Shown piece after piece: positions 1 through 11,631 of a stretch of DNA of 64,000 nt. The first letter of the stretch is position 1. Every line of letters starts with the position of its first letter. The DNA comes from Alloascoidea hylecoeti (Eukaryota), in NCBI GenBank assembly GCA_001600815.1, contig BCKZ01000007.1, positions 186,001 through 250,000 on the forward strand, read 5' to 3'. Below the pieces are notes generated by a model, which was not told the origin of the DNA, ran no database searches, and saw only the letters and a program-made list of their open reading frames with translations. Both the position numbers and the translations under genes were made by a program.

Positions 1-1
1 G

Positions 2-1138
2 TGCTCAAATTGTATCAAAAAAGGTTTTAAATGTGGTGGTTACAAAATATCTTATAAATGGAAAGCTTTTGATGATCAACAGAAATATAAGAAAACTCCA
101 AAATATAATAATCAAAATGCTAATGCCAATGCTAATGAAAATATTATTGAAAATGCTTTAAATGAAGCCACGTTATCTGTTGTTGGCCAATCTTCTGAAG
201 AGCTGGCTAATCAATTAAAGAGGTCAAAAACAATTCAAAACCAAAATCAAAATCAAAATCAAAACCAAAATCAAAATCAAAATCAAAATCAAAACCAAAT
301 TTCAAACTCAAATTTAAATTCAATTAATGATTTAAAACGTAAATCTCAATCTCAATCTCAATTTACTGATTTAAAACCAAAACTTCGAAAAATTCAATCC
401 CCATCATCAACTATTGATAATGATGATTCCAATACAACGTACACAAATCATATAGAAGAATCAATTACAACTACAACTTCAAATCCAGAATCTAATAATA
501 ATAATTTACATAAATCTCCATATTCATTATCTCCATTTTTTAATTCTCAATCACCTCGTCTATTTCCATACTTTGCATCACCACGTTTATTAGCTGCAAT
601 GAATATGACATTACCATCAATACCAACAACAACTAATAATTTCATGTTCCCTTTTGAAGATTCAACTTCAACTTCAACTTCAACTTCAAATAATATAAAT
701 ACATCAATAAATAGTGGTTTAATGTCTGCTCCATCACCATTAAATTTAAATATTCATGAAAGTACTGGATTAACTCCATTTTTAAATCCAATTGGGTCAC
801 CAAATACTTTTAATATGAATTTAAATGATAGAGAAAGTACAATATTGAAGAATTTAAAAGTTAAATCTCCCGAGAATGAATTAAATAGTGAAGATGATGA
901 TAGATTAAATGATTTACAATATAAAATTCTCCCATTAAATTCATTAACATGGTTTCCAACATCATCAAAACTTACAACTTTTATCAATTAACAACAGAAA
1001 CAAAAATATTTTTCTCAATTTTCTTTAAAAACTTGTAATATATTATCAATTAAAAATGGACCAGGAGAAAATCCATGGAAAACAATAATTTGGTCAATGG
1101 CTTTAAAAAATGATGTATTTATGATAGCCGGGAGCTAA
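2..1138 (+). pseudogene. Zn2Cys6 / Fungal_trans_2-type transcription factor, 5'-partial, with in-frame stop and 3' truncation
   Basis: Frame 2 begins CSNCIKKGFKCGGYKISYKW (end of a Zn cluster) and is open to TAA 989-991. The same frame resumes with TCNILSIKNGPGENPWKTIIW (start of the Fungal_trans_2 domain) and stops at 1136-1138. QN microsatellite at ~236-300. Confidence 0.7.
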
Positions 1139-1337
1139 ATATTCTAAATCGGAGAAGAAATCTCACTCCACAACAAAAATCGTAAAAATTAAAAAATCAT
1201 TACCAGAATTAAGAGATTAAGCAAGTATTATAGATAGTATTTACTTTAATTTGATTTATAGTTATTAGTTTAGAAAATCGTGGTTAAAAATTTAACAACT
1301 TTTTCAAATTCGAGTACCTTAATTCGGTCCAGTACTA

Positions 1338-1755
1338 CTAACCTGACGGCATATCGTAGGACAAACCCATAGCGAAGGGCGTGCATACCATTTGCATTGC
1401 TGAAATGTTAGTAGTAAGAATAGTATTATCTGCTACTACTTCTGTTAACGTACCAAGTTCTTCACACTCGTCACATTCCGTTGTTTGCACTAATCCAATA
1501 TTTACCAAATCTCCGTACGACCGTTGGTACCAACTTACTAGATCACCATACGGATCATTAAAAACCGTAAAATTTTCGTTTACTATTAACATAGTGCGCG
1601 AAGAATCGACTGCTATAACGGTGTTCCCAGGTAGCCCGTTCGCCTCAAGACGTTAGCTGCTTGTGTCGAAGTTGAACTATCACTGTCCAGGCACCGGCGA
1701 ATAATGTCACTGACAATATAAAGACCAGGAACAAATTTCTTTGAAATCGCAGCAT
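1338..1755 (-). pseudogene. Frameshifted secreted-protein ORF, possibly K2/K66-type killer-toxin related
   Basis: ATG 1755 gives MLRFQRNLFLVFILSVTLFAGAWTVIVQLRHKQLTS* (signal-peptide-like; TGA 1647-1645). The +1 frame continues RLEANGLPGNT...YGDLVNIGL...VVADNTILTT...MPSG*. Less AT-rich than the flanks. Toxin similarity is recalled, not searched. Confidence 0.4.
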
Positions 1756-2339
1756 TATAAAACTTATATCGGGCTAGGATTGGTGAAAATTGTTAGGGTT
1801 CTTCTTATTAATTCGTTAACAAGTACAACAACAACAATCGTCTAATTTAAAACATACTCATCCATATAGTGGTATTTCACAAGCTCAATCAATTACAAAT
1901 TCTTCATCATCTCCAACTACAACTTCAACTTCTGCAATTACAACATCTCAAGCAAGCTCAAGCTCCAACAGGACAATCAAATTTTAATTCTAATTCTAAT
2001 GTTGGTAATGCGAAATAAAGAAAGTAATTATTTGTTTAAGAAATTTAATTTTAGGATTAATTAAATAATATATGATTAATTATATTGGAATTTTAGAACA
2101 AGAAATTTAAAATTTAAAATCATATTTAAAAAAATCTAATGTTAATAATAATATTAATGAATTAAAAAGACAAAGAAATAAAGATTATGAATTATTTAAA
2201 TATAAATATATTTCAGTTAGTTTAAAATCTTAGCAATTGCTAAATTTGAATGTTAGGATAAAAGTATAAATATGTGTCACATTTAAAAGAAGAAATGATT
2301 CAAATCAAGGATATGCAATAACAATCCAAATAACAATGA

Positions 2340-2525
2340 TAAATATGATACTTTTGATGACAAATCGATTCATTTTTTTATTAAAGATACCCATATTAAT
2401 CCTTTGAGGTTTAAGGAAACTTAGCATACGATATATTGGTAGATAATAGATTCAATCATTTGCAATAATGCATATGGTACTACAGTAGTCAAAGTTTACA
2501 AATAAAGAAAATAAAATCAAGAGAA
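2340..2525 (+). mobile_element. Second, inverted fragment of the decayed retrotransposon integrase
   Basis: agtagtcaaagtttacaaata-aagaaaataaaatcaag (2485-2521) is an inverted copy of ~2625-2667. KYDTFDDKS resembles the KY..TF.DD.S motif of the integrase core. Confidence 0.35.
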
Positions 2526-2534
2526 GAAAAAAAG

Positions 2535-3260
2535 AATGAGCGTCTACGATCCTACATCCAATTATGTCTTTTTAGGCTTCTCCACTATAGAATTAGATGT
2601 AGCACTGTAGGGGCTAATTCTTCTTGATTTTATTTTCTTCCAAATGATTTGTAAACTTTAACTACTAAATACAAAATCATTATCGTCAAAGCATCATGAT
2701 CAGTTATACTCAATATGCAAGTGAGGCACAGGAGAAAATACAAGAATTTGACTTGAACTCGCAGTTACCTCTATTTTTAATCGTTGTTAATTCTTCAATA
2801 TAATAATGAATTATATATTTTATTTATAAAGGTGCTCGGGATGCTTTATAATTATGGTTTCGTAGTTTAATGTTGGGCCTTTTACAGTTTTTACATTTGC
2901 AATGTTTTCTAGTTGAGTGACTATAAGGTTTTAATTGATCAGGCGCAAATTATTTGTTTTTAAAACTCCCGTATTTATGCGATTCATGATCATATAGGAT
3001 GAGAAGAGTTATAATTAAGTTCTGAATGCCAAAAAACAATAGACTTTTTTTTTTGTGTGCTGTTCTAAGAGTGCTATTATATTCAATAAGTTAACATTCT
3101 TTAATCTCTTTTTTTCAGAAGCAGTTTTTGATCAATTCATTAATCAAGTATGTAAATAAACCATTTTTTCCTGTCTTTATCTCTGAGATCTTCAGACCAT
3201 GAATTTTGGACATTTTTGTTAAGTAGGGGACAAAACCACCTATGTCATTTACACTTTCAA
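2535..3260 (-). mobile_element. Decayed Ty1/copia-like pol (GAG-pre-integrase plus integrase core) relic
   Basis: Motifs in the expected order despite stops and frameshifts: FWHSELN (~3030, cf. WHxRLGH), CKNC..KASRAPL..IH (~2890), DNDFVFSS*KFTNHLEENKIK (~2680) and RISPYSATSNSIVEK..T*LD (~2600). Confidence 0.55.
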
Positions 3261-6061
3261 GATAAGTGGTTTGATTTCCTTGAGGCCTCTAGACTGTCGA
3301 ATGCAGAGACGTTGCACTAGAATGAGAACTTCCCTGAACTTTCCGATATCCCAGTTTCTTTTGCATTGTAAATGTTGCGTATGGCTTGCATCTATATTTA
3401 TCACATGATCGCTTCGGTCATCTGAATTAGCTTTGCATTCTATCTTTAACCTTTGACAAGGGTATAAAGGAATGGAGAACGTGGGAACCCAATATTGGTT
3501 GTTCATATAATCTCCAGTTGTTATCCTTGAAAATGTTTAGAAACGCGTAAATCATCTGGAAACTGTTGGTTTTGGTTTATTCAACTCCTCCATTGGACGA
3601 GATTCATTTAACCTGCTCAATGGACACAAATAATTGGATTATGTAATCTCAAACATCAATTGCCCAACCCGAATTAAGCTTTCTTCTTTGGGGTGGCATG
3701 GCGATGAGTGGTACTTAATAAAAGGAAATTAAGTTTCACGAATTTGGAGGTGTTTTTATTCGTGAAGGATTCTACATACAGCTTTACATAGCCTAGACTA
3801 TAGTAAGCTTTTTTTGAATAATCACTCTCAATAAAATACACAATACACTGTACTATAACCAGTTACCAACTACTCCACAATGCCTTAAACTACTCTTCAG
3901 ATGGTGTATATTGTTCCGTAGATATTGGAGATTATATTAGTGTGTATGACAGTGTATTACTATTTAAAATGACATTTTAAATTTACATGTATTATTTATC
4001 ATTAGTCTGCCTCGAGATACAATTTTTTTGGGGGGAAGAGGGGAAGAGGGGGATGTCCATCTCGTTGTCATAAATACAATTCCTCCCAATTACCACTATG
4101 CGGATAGATATGTTATCCAGTTTGAATATGACACCCTCATCAATCTCATAAAAGGCGTCTTACAAAAGCTCTAAGTAGGAAGCTACGGCATCAATTCATA
4201 GGAAGTATGACATTTACATGTGTGTAGGTATTTATCATACCGATAATTATTTTGCAGACTTTACAGCTTTAAGATCGGAGAAGTAACAAAACTAAAAAGA
4301 TCACAAATAAATAAAAATCTATTCATTATATTATTGATCAGCAATTCCTATTAGTAGGAATTTGCTAACACACAATATAGTGTACGTTAAACGAATAATT
4401 GGTCTTAATTCAAATTAATATTGGAACTGATTTACAATGAAACTATGGAAGTACGGTATAAAAGACTAAGCAATTGTCGCAATTTCAAAATTAAGACTAA
4501 TTGTTTAGACAAAGGGTTCATTGCAGTTATTTAACTAGTACTGTAATTATGTTTCAGCAGCTATACCCTAGCTATATGGTGAGAGGTAAGCATAAATTAT
4601 AACAACAAAATTTTAAACGGCTAGTATGAATTCGACACATTTCACTGGCGCTAGCTTCAATTGAATGTCTAATGTTATACCTTTGTAAACATGCTTCGAT
4701 TAACTGTTGTAGTAATTAATTAATTAATGAAGTAATGCAGTCTAAACCGAGTTTTATTTATCTAATAATAAATGATAGGTCCTATAGCGCTATACCAATA
4801 CATTGTATATGAAGTTGAATTTCTCGCTACTTTATAGCGAATGTGTTCCCAATAAACCATTTGAAGGTTTTATCCACACTCCAAGCTTCTATATATGGGA
4901 TAAAAAGACGTATGATTATGGGGTAAAACGGTTGCATCAGTCCTATTAGATCGTTTTTGCATGTCCAATTGTAATACTGTATCAGCATACCGCATCATGA
5001 ATAAAAAAGATCATTTACATATAGATTTCTAGCTTAGGCTATAATTAATAGTCTTCGGTAGTGTAGATATTAATGTATTTATGTAGAATGAATAGTGTAT
5101 TCTCAAAAATCATTCTTTCATTCAAATCTTAAACCACAGAAACCAATGTTAATTAATTATAATGCATAGATAGGATGTGCAAGCAGAAATAACCAACGTG
5201 GAATAATAGTTTGGTCCCCATATCCAAATGCAGACAATATCATTACAAGTTTAGCATATATGACGTAAATAAAGGCTGAATATTACTCTTCCATTCTATT
5301 TATAATTTTGCAGGAGAATTTTTATATTGTTGACTGGTCAGTTAGATGCATATATGATACAACAAAATTTAAGGTACAAGGCATTTGACAAACGTTCAAA
5401 ATTTCCTTATACCTTTTGGTAATTAAAACAAAACTATGATAGTAGAGTCAATCAACTGTAAATCCTCTTTTCTGTTTTACTGCAGATTATAAATGAAGTT
5501 ATGTGAATTTTAAATTTCAAGATTGAGCCTCAAGGTTTAAGTTGTGGTGTGGAAAGAAGATACCAATTGCATACCATCGACGTATTAGTATTAATTCATA
5601 TAATTAATTTCACAGAAAGGAGTAATTTAATTGTCAGCCACGGTGAAGTAAAATACCAACTCATCAAAAATAGGAAATTAAAATCAATCAGGTTAATTAT
5701 AAATTTATATAAAAGATTCAATGAATAATAATTAATATACGGTTGTGTTATTGCAGCAAATAGGGCAAAATTAAGTTTGGCCAGTGCGGACACAAACATA
5801 TTCGTTCACGGTTAATAAACCGCGTTCCTAATAAACCTTAACCTTCGCAAACGCTCCGGTCCTAGGATTGTTTACTTACACCCCTGTGTCTTGGAGTTCT
5901 GTTTACTTCTTTTTAATCATCTTTCCTGCCTCTTCTTCTTTTTCGACATTTACTTGAAAAGGAGAGTATAACACACTCTCAATTAATCTCAATTAATATA
6001 ATTGTCTCACTTTTTTTGTTTTTCATCGTTTACATGCTTAATTACTGTCCCTCCTTTTAAA

Positions 6062-8401
6062 ATGTCTACAACTACATATCAAAAATCTGATTCCGCCTTA
6101 ACCTTGAATTTAAGAGAAAAACCAAACTCAGGAAAAAGACCAACGAATTTTAAACCCCGGTCTAATCATCATCATAATACTTTTTCGAGCAGTAAGAGTA
6201 AGAGTAGTTCAAATATAGACGTGGAGGAAATTATGAATCCAAAATCATCTAGAAGAAGATCAATTTTAAGGTCTTTTAGCAACCATTTTTCAAGATCAAG
6301 TACAATGGTAAGTCAGGCATTTTCGTCCGCAGACTCCAAAACTCAACCGCAAACAAAAGATAATTATCATCAAACTTCCATAAAACTTGAACATACGAGA
6401 AGAAGCAGCCTTATATCATTCATGTTTGACTCTCAGCCACATCCAAAACAACACAAGCAAAATAATCACAGTAATAATTCTCATACTGGAGTTGAAACGT
6501 ATGCAATTGAGTCTAGAAATAGACAAAATAGTGATTCTAGTGTTACTACACAGAGCGCTACATCTAGTGAAAATGACGATCTTCATAGTTTTCTAGGTCC
6601 AAAGGAAGAATTTAGTATGGACTCAAATTTAAATGTTGATATAGATGTTGAAGTTAACAATTGTCACAAACATCAACAAACTGATTCTTTTAAAACCTGT
6701 GTTTGTGATTTTAAAGATCTAGAAGAAGATAATTGTTCAGAATCAATTCTAAATGAAGATGATATAAACTATAATTCAGATGATAATAAAGAAAATATAA
6801 GAAATTCTTCTGAAAGCGTTGATTTAGATTTTGATCTTTTTAAAAGTTATACTGATGTTTGTTCATATCTATCAGTTAATCGGTCATCAAGATCTTTCAT
6901 ATCAGACAATGATGAAAATAATAATCTTATGCATAATAATTCTTTTTCAAGATCACCAAAATCCTTGGCAAATGCCAATGATAGCATGCTTGCTTCAAAA
7001 GCTTATTCTTCACATTCTTCACCATTATCTTTAAAAAATGATAGTGATGCAGAATCGTTTTCAACTGTTCAACAGCCAAGTTCTGAATTAGAAGCAAGTT
7101 GTAGACCTTTTCGTTTAAATGGTAGAAATGGAATTGTTAAATCACCTGCTTTAAAACAACTTCATAACTTTAAAGATTTGGAGATTTCAACAACAAAAAA
7201 TGAAGATAAAGTTTTAAACCAAACCGGAAATAATAATATGGACACTGAAGTTGGAGAAGAAAACATAAATTCAAATTCAGATACAGAATCTAAAATATAT
7301 AATAATGCCGATAATAGCAATTCCGAAAAAAATTTAAGTCTTGAACATCTTCAAACTCTTCGATTAGAAAATGTTAAAAATAAAAGGCATAGTATTATGA
7401 TTGGTTCACCAATATTTAATAATACAAATAGTTTAACTTTAGATTATGCTCTTAGAAGAAGTTCTTTATCACCATCTGATGAAAGAAAAGATTTTTCTGT
7501 TCAAATTCAAGATTTACAACAACAAAATAGATCATCATCACCGGCTGCTCCTAAATTTAAAATCCGAGAACGTGATATTTCTGGAATATTTAAAAGAGTC
7601 TTTATGAATGGTTCAGCATTATCATTAAGTTCCAATCATAAGAAGAAATTATTAAGATCTTCATTATTTGATATTATTAAACTTGAAAATAATTCAATAC
7701 CTTTAATTATATTGTCATGCTTAAAAGAAGTTAAAAAAAGAGGTTTAGATGAAGAAGGTATTTATAGAAAATCTGGTAGGAAATTTGAAGTTGATGAAAT
7801 TTTAGAACAATTTGAAAGTTATTTAAATTATGTTTTTGATAAAAATCATAATAAAATTAAAAATGAAAAAAAATTGGTTTTAAAATTATTAAATGATATG
7901 GATATCAATAGTGTTACTGGTGCATTAAAAGAATATTTAAGAAGATTACCTGAACCTTTATTAAAATTTGAAAATTATAATGAATTTCTTAGTATTGCCA
8001 AAGATACCCAACAAGAAAGTCAACTTGATAAATTAAAAACAATGATTAGTCAATTATCAGAACCACATTATAATTGTTTTAAAATCTTAATGGAACATTT
8101 ATCATTAATTGCTGAAAATTCGAATTTAAACAGAATGTCAAGTAAATCATTAGCAATTGTTTTTGCACCAACATTAACTTGGGATTTAAATAGTGATAAA
8201 GATTTAGATTTTTTAAATCTACCTTCAAAAAGTATCATTATTGGGTTGATAATTGATAATTATAATTTTATCTTTTCTTCTGGATCTGAATCTTCTGGTG
8301 CTGAATTATCTGACTCTATAACTCCCGAATCTTCAAAACCATTAGGATCTTCGACTAATACTAATGATAGTGATGATATTAACAATAAAGAAATTTCATA
8401 A
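6062..8401 (+). CDS. Rho GTPase-activating protein (C-terminal RhoGAP domain, long S/N-rich N-terminus), intronless
   Basis: IPLIILSCLKEVKKRGLDEEGIYRKSG, VTGALKEYLRRLPEPL, NRMSSKSLAIVFAPTL. The first ATG is at 6062; the ORF track starts at an upstream TTG. Confidence 0.9.
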   Translation: MSTTTYQKSDSALTLNLREKPNSGKRPTNFKPRSNHHHNTFSSSKSKSSSNIDVEEIMNPKSSRRRSILRSFSNHFSRSSTMVSQAFSSADSKTQPQTKDNYHQTSIKLEHTRRSSLISFMFDSQPHPKQHKQNNHSNNSHTGVETYAIESRNRQNSDSSVTTQSATSSENDDLHSFLGPKEEFSMDSNLNVDIDVEVNNCHKHQQTDSFKTCVCDFKDLEEDNCSESILNEDDINYNSDDNKENIRNSSESVDLDFDLFKSYTDVCSYLSVNRSSRSFISDNDENNNLMHNNSFSRSPKSLANANDSMLASKAYSSHSSPLSLKNDSDAESFSTVQQPSSELEASCRPFRLNGRNGIVKSPALKQLHNFKDLEISTTKNEDKVLNQTGNNNMDTEVGEENINSNSDTESKIYNNADNSNSEKNLSLEHLQTLRLENVKNKRHSIMIGSPIFNNTNSLTLDYALRRSSLSPSDERKDFSVQIQDLQQQNRSSSPAAPKFKIRERDISGIFKRVFMNGSALSLSSNHKKKLLRSSLFDIIKLENNSIPLIILSCLKEVKKRGLDEEGIYRKSGRKFEVDEILEQFESYLNYVFDKNHNKIKNEKKLVLKLLNDMDINSVTGALKEYLRRLPEPLLKFENYNEFLSIAKDTQQESQLDKLKTMISQLSEPHYNCFKILMEHLSLIAENSNLNRMSSKSLAIVFAPTLTWDLNSDKDLDFLNLPSKSIIIGLIIDNYNFIFSSGSESSGAELSDSITPESSKPLGSSTNTNDSDDINNKEIS

Positions 8402-9049
8402 TGACAGACACTAATTACACGATGTTATTGTTTATAATTGTTTTTTTTTAGATTTATATTTATAATTGTCTCTTTTGTTTATTATTTTATTTATTTATTT
8501 GTTTTTTTATATTCAATTGCAGTTCTTTTTTTTTTTTTTTTTTCGTTGGATTCACATTCACTCGCTTTTTCCTATCTTATTGCTGGTTCAAATTGAAATG
8601 TAAATTTATAATTGTGGATAAATGGTCTCTTATAATTAATTATTATATATATAAACATTTCTGTGTACTATAATATATATAAATATATATAGATGTTATC
8701 AATTTTATTTCTTTCATACTTGAAGCTTTCGTTAACAATATGACAATCAGGGTAACTTTCATGTGGCACCATTTTCGCTAAAAAAGACAAAACTTAATCT
8801 ACTACTACTCACTACCATGCCAAAGCAAACTTTAATCAAAGGCGTGTCACTGTGTCAGTATCACATATTGACTATTTAGTAAAAACCTTTTTTTATTAAA
8901 TATGGGAAATGCTTGCGTTTATATAAAATATTTTCTAAAGTAAACATTTGTAGTAATAATAAAAAGGTCAAACCTAGCGCTAAAAAAATAATTCTAGAAA
9001 TACCATGAGAAAACTCTTTATTTGACTATAAAAATCTTTGTTCACTTTT

Positions 9050-10150
9050 CAACCATGAGAAAGGAGGGATAATAAACTTCTATAGGTAGTATATAACGAC
9101 AAATTCTTCGACAATCGTCGTAACGCCATTGTTTATATTAAAACACGGTTGAAGTTTAACCCCAATCGAGGAGTTTAAGACACTAAAACCCAAACTATAG
9201 GTTTTGAAAGATGAGATATTGGATATTTGGAGAATGTCCAAATGGGACTGCACTGTTGATAGATTAGGATTATTTTGAATTATATAAATAATAAATATAC
9301 TTATATATACCTAAGCGAGAGTCAGCTTTATCCGACGTTAAACAGGTACCAATAACAACAAATGGGCATTATATGAGCAGCCATTGGGTCACAGTATTTT
9401 TAGATGGTCATGATAAGATTGTTTGCGACCAGCCTCACGTTATTGACTCCTATAGAATTCTTTACAAAGGACAAAGATAGCATGCAATTATTGTTCAAAC
9501 TTCAAACGGTTGAGAATCTTGAGATATAGTTATGTGGTAAATATCAATACAAACCATGCAATATTTACTATATGCAGATGAGACTCATTTTATTCATGGA
9601 ATGTTGGAATGTCCAGGAAGATGCTGACCGCTGATGGCGCTGAGTGTTGAGTTCAGCAAGATTTCCGTCTATTCCTCAGTTGATCCCTTCTAGAGGGGAA
9701 GTTGTCACTTATGTTGAATATATCAATGCCATGGATGATTCCACCCTTCCTCATGACTATTCTTAAACAAAATATATCCAGAATTCATGAACGAATGATC
9801 TCTCAGAGACGAGAAGTGGAAAATAGTTCGTTACTCATTCACAAAGTGATTATATTAATCACTATTTGGTTATAATATTAATCATTGAATCGATCAAAAA
9901 CTGCACCCTAAAAAAAGATATGAAAGAGTCCTCCTCATCTTAGATGGTCATGGATTAAAAAATAAGTATAAGGAGCACATGATAGATTTGTGAATTCTTT
10001 CGGCCCACATATCGGAGACGTCATAAGTTCTTGATGTTTTTTCTTCTCTCCATTGAAATTATATTTCCAATTAGAGTCGAAGTCAAATAGTATCCAAAGC
10101 GTGATTTTGTATAATAGAAGAGCAAGAATTTAGAATAGTACGAGTTCTAA
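9050..10150 (+). mobile_element. Decayed pogo/Fot1-type (DDE_1) transposase relic
   Basis: Ordered motifs: LTPIEE (~9155), HWVTVF (~9385), NIY..DETHF (~9560-9590), RGEVVTYVEYINA (~9695-9730), LLILDGHG (9931-9954), AH.S...VLDV..FSPLK (~10000-10058). Many stops and frameshifts. Confidence 0.75.
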
Positions 10151-11044
10151 TGTTAATTTATTATCATTGAATCTTCTCACGAACCAGATATTACCAGATA
10201 TTACACAAAATTTCAATTACATATAGGCCTATTGCAAGGGTCGACCTTAAGCCTATTTCAATGGATGTATTGAATTTTCAAATTATAAAGTGGCATTTCA
10301 TGAGCTTTAATTTCTAGATAGTGGAGTTTTGATCTTTATTTTGGAATTTCTAATGTGTGTAATTTTTCAAGTTGAATCTGTGGATAATACCTACAAACTT
10401 CTCTAACATTTTTGGTATAGAAGTTTCCAACAATCACTAGCTATTCAATCTTTATTACTAAAGTTGTACTATCAAATTCTAGTGATTAATATGGTATTGC
10501 TATTTCAGCATTTGCATTCAATCTTGCGCATATGACTGCTGGCTTAAATATGTAAAGTCCTAGTTATATTTTCAGCGTCTTCACATCTGTTAGGCGCAAT
10601 TTTGGATAATTATAACGGTATTATTAGATTCATCCTACCGATACTGTCCAGTGTTGCTTATTTCATGAAACTTGTAAATAAGGATTATTATTATTTTCCC
10701 TATACAACAAAGCATACGAATGAATAAGAGGATAAAAAGAATTGACGATCCCCGTTTGGTAAATTAAATGTATTGAAGATTTTGAATCCATTGTCAATTT
10801 AATAGGACTAAAACAGCTATGAGGTCGGATTTGCCGTGAGACCTTTGCCATGAGCCCCATGCTTTTCATAAATCTAGAATTCTTATAGTTTTTTTTTACT
10901 TTATCATTTTATTATAAATTATAAAAATTTATAAAAAAGTCAAAACGTAAGTATTAAATTATTTAAAAAGTGTTATACCTTGACGGTACAACAATGTCTG
11001 TTTTGTATTTATTTATGTCTAAGAATCAGTTTCCGTCTTTCAAT

Positions 11045-11213
11045 ATTTGACGAACAATAGAATCTGAGTCTATTTTGAGATCACATGAGTTGAATCTTCT
11101 GTTTACTCGCATCTGCCATAAAATCTTTAAAATTAGGCTTAGATTTTGAATTATTTTAGTATCTTTGTACGTTGGGCATATCAAGTCATCCAAACTTATA
11201 TCTTTCTAGACTG
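11045..11213 (-). mobile_element. L1-like non-LTR retrotransposon ORF2 fragment (post-RT region)
   Basis: LERYKFG*LDMPNV, then after a frameshift IQNLSLILKILWQM; resembles LPKxxGGLGxPxxxxQNxALLxKWLW. Abuts a long poly-T run (11214-11239). Confidence 0.4.
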
Positions 11214-11559
11214 TTTTTTTTTTTTTTTTTTTTTTTTTTCAAGTGGCCATTAAGGCTCTATATTAAACTGCTTTTTCTATAAATACTATATTTATAACAA
11301 CCAAAAAATTGTGAAAATAAAAAGACCTATTATTAGGCAAAAATACCTCTTACTAATGTTAGAGGTTCACTCTTTTTTGAGTAATGTTGTTACTTTTTAT
11401 AGTATTATTGTCACCATTTCCAACTTCTTACTCAATTAATACGAGTAAAGAATGTCATATGTATACATCTTTCCTATTTTTTTTTTTTTTGTCCATAGCA
11501 CCTATGGTGATATTGTGACGGGTGTGAAAGAAAAAAAAACAGGTCCTTTGACAGGAAAA

Positions 11560-11631
11560 AGGTCGTGCCCGGGATCGAACCGGGATCGCCAGAATCAAAA
11601 TCTGATGTGCTAGCCATTACACTACACAACC
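11560..11631 (-). tRNA. tRNA-Gln (anticodon TTG)
   Basis: Reverse complement GGTTGTGTAGTGTAATGGCTAGCACATCAGATTTTGATTCTGGCGATCCCGGTTCGATCCCGGGCACGACCT folds as a cloverleaf with A and B boxes, followed by an oligo-T terminator. Confidence 0.95.

Noticed and set aside
1860..2230. Low-complexity, coiled-coil-like decayed coding fragment
   Set aside because: Several stops and no identifiable family.
4830..5000. FACP/NCNT as a TnpB/Fanzor zinc finger
   Set aside because: It needs a frameshift, and no RuvC motifs are present.
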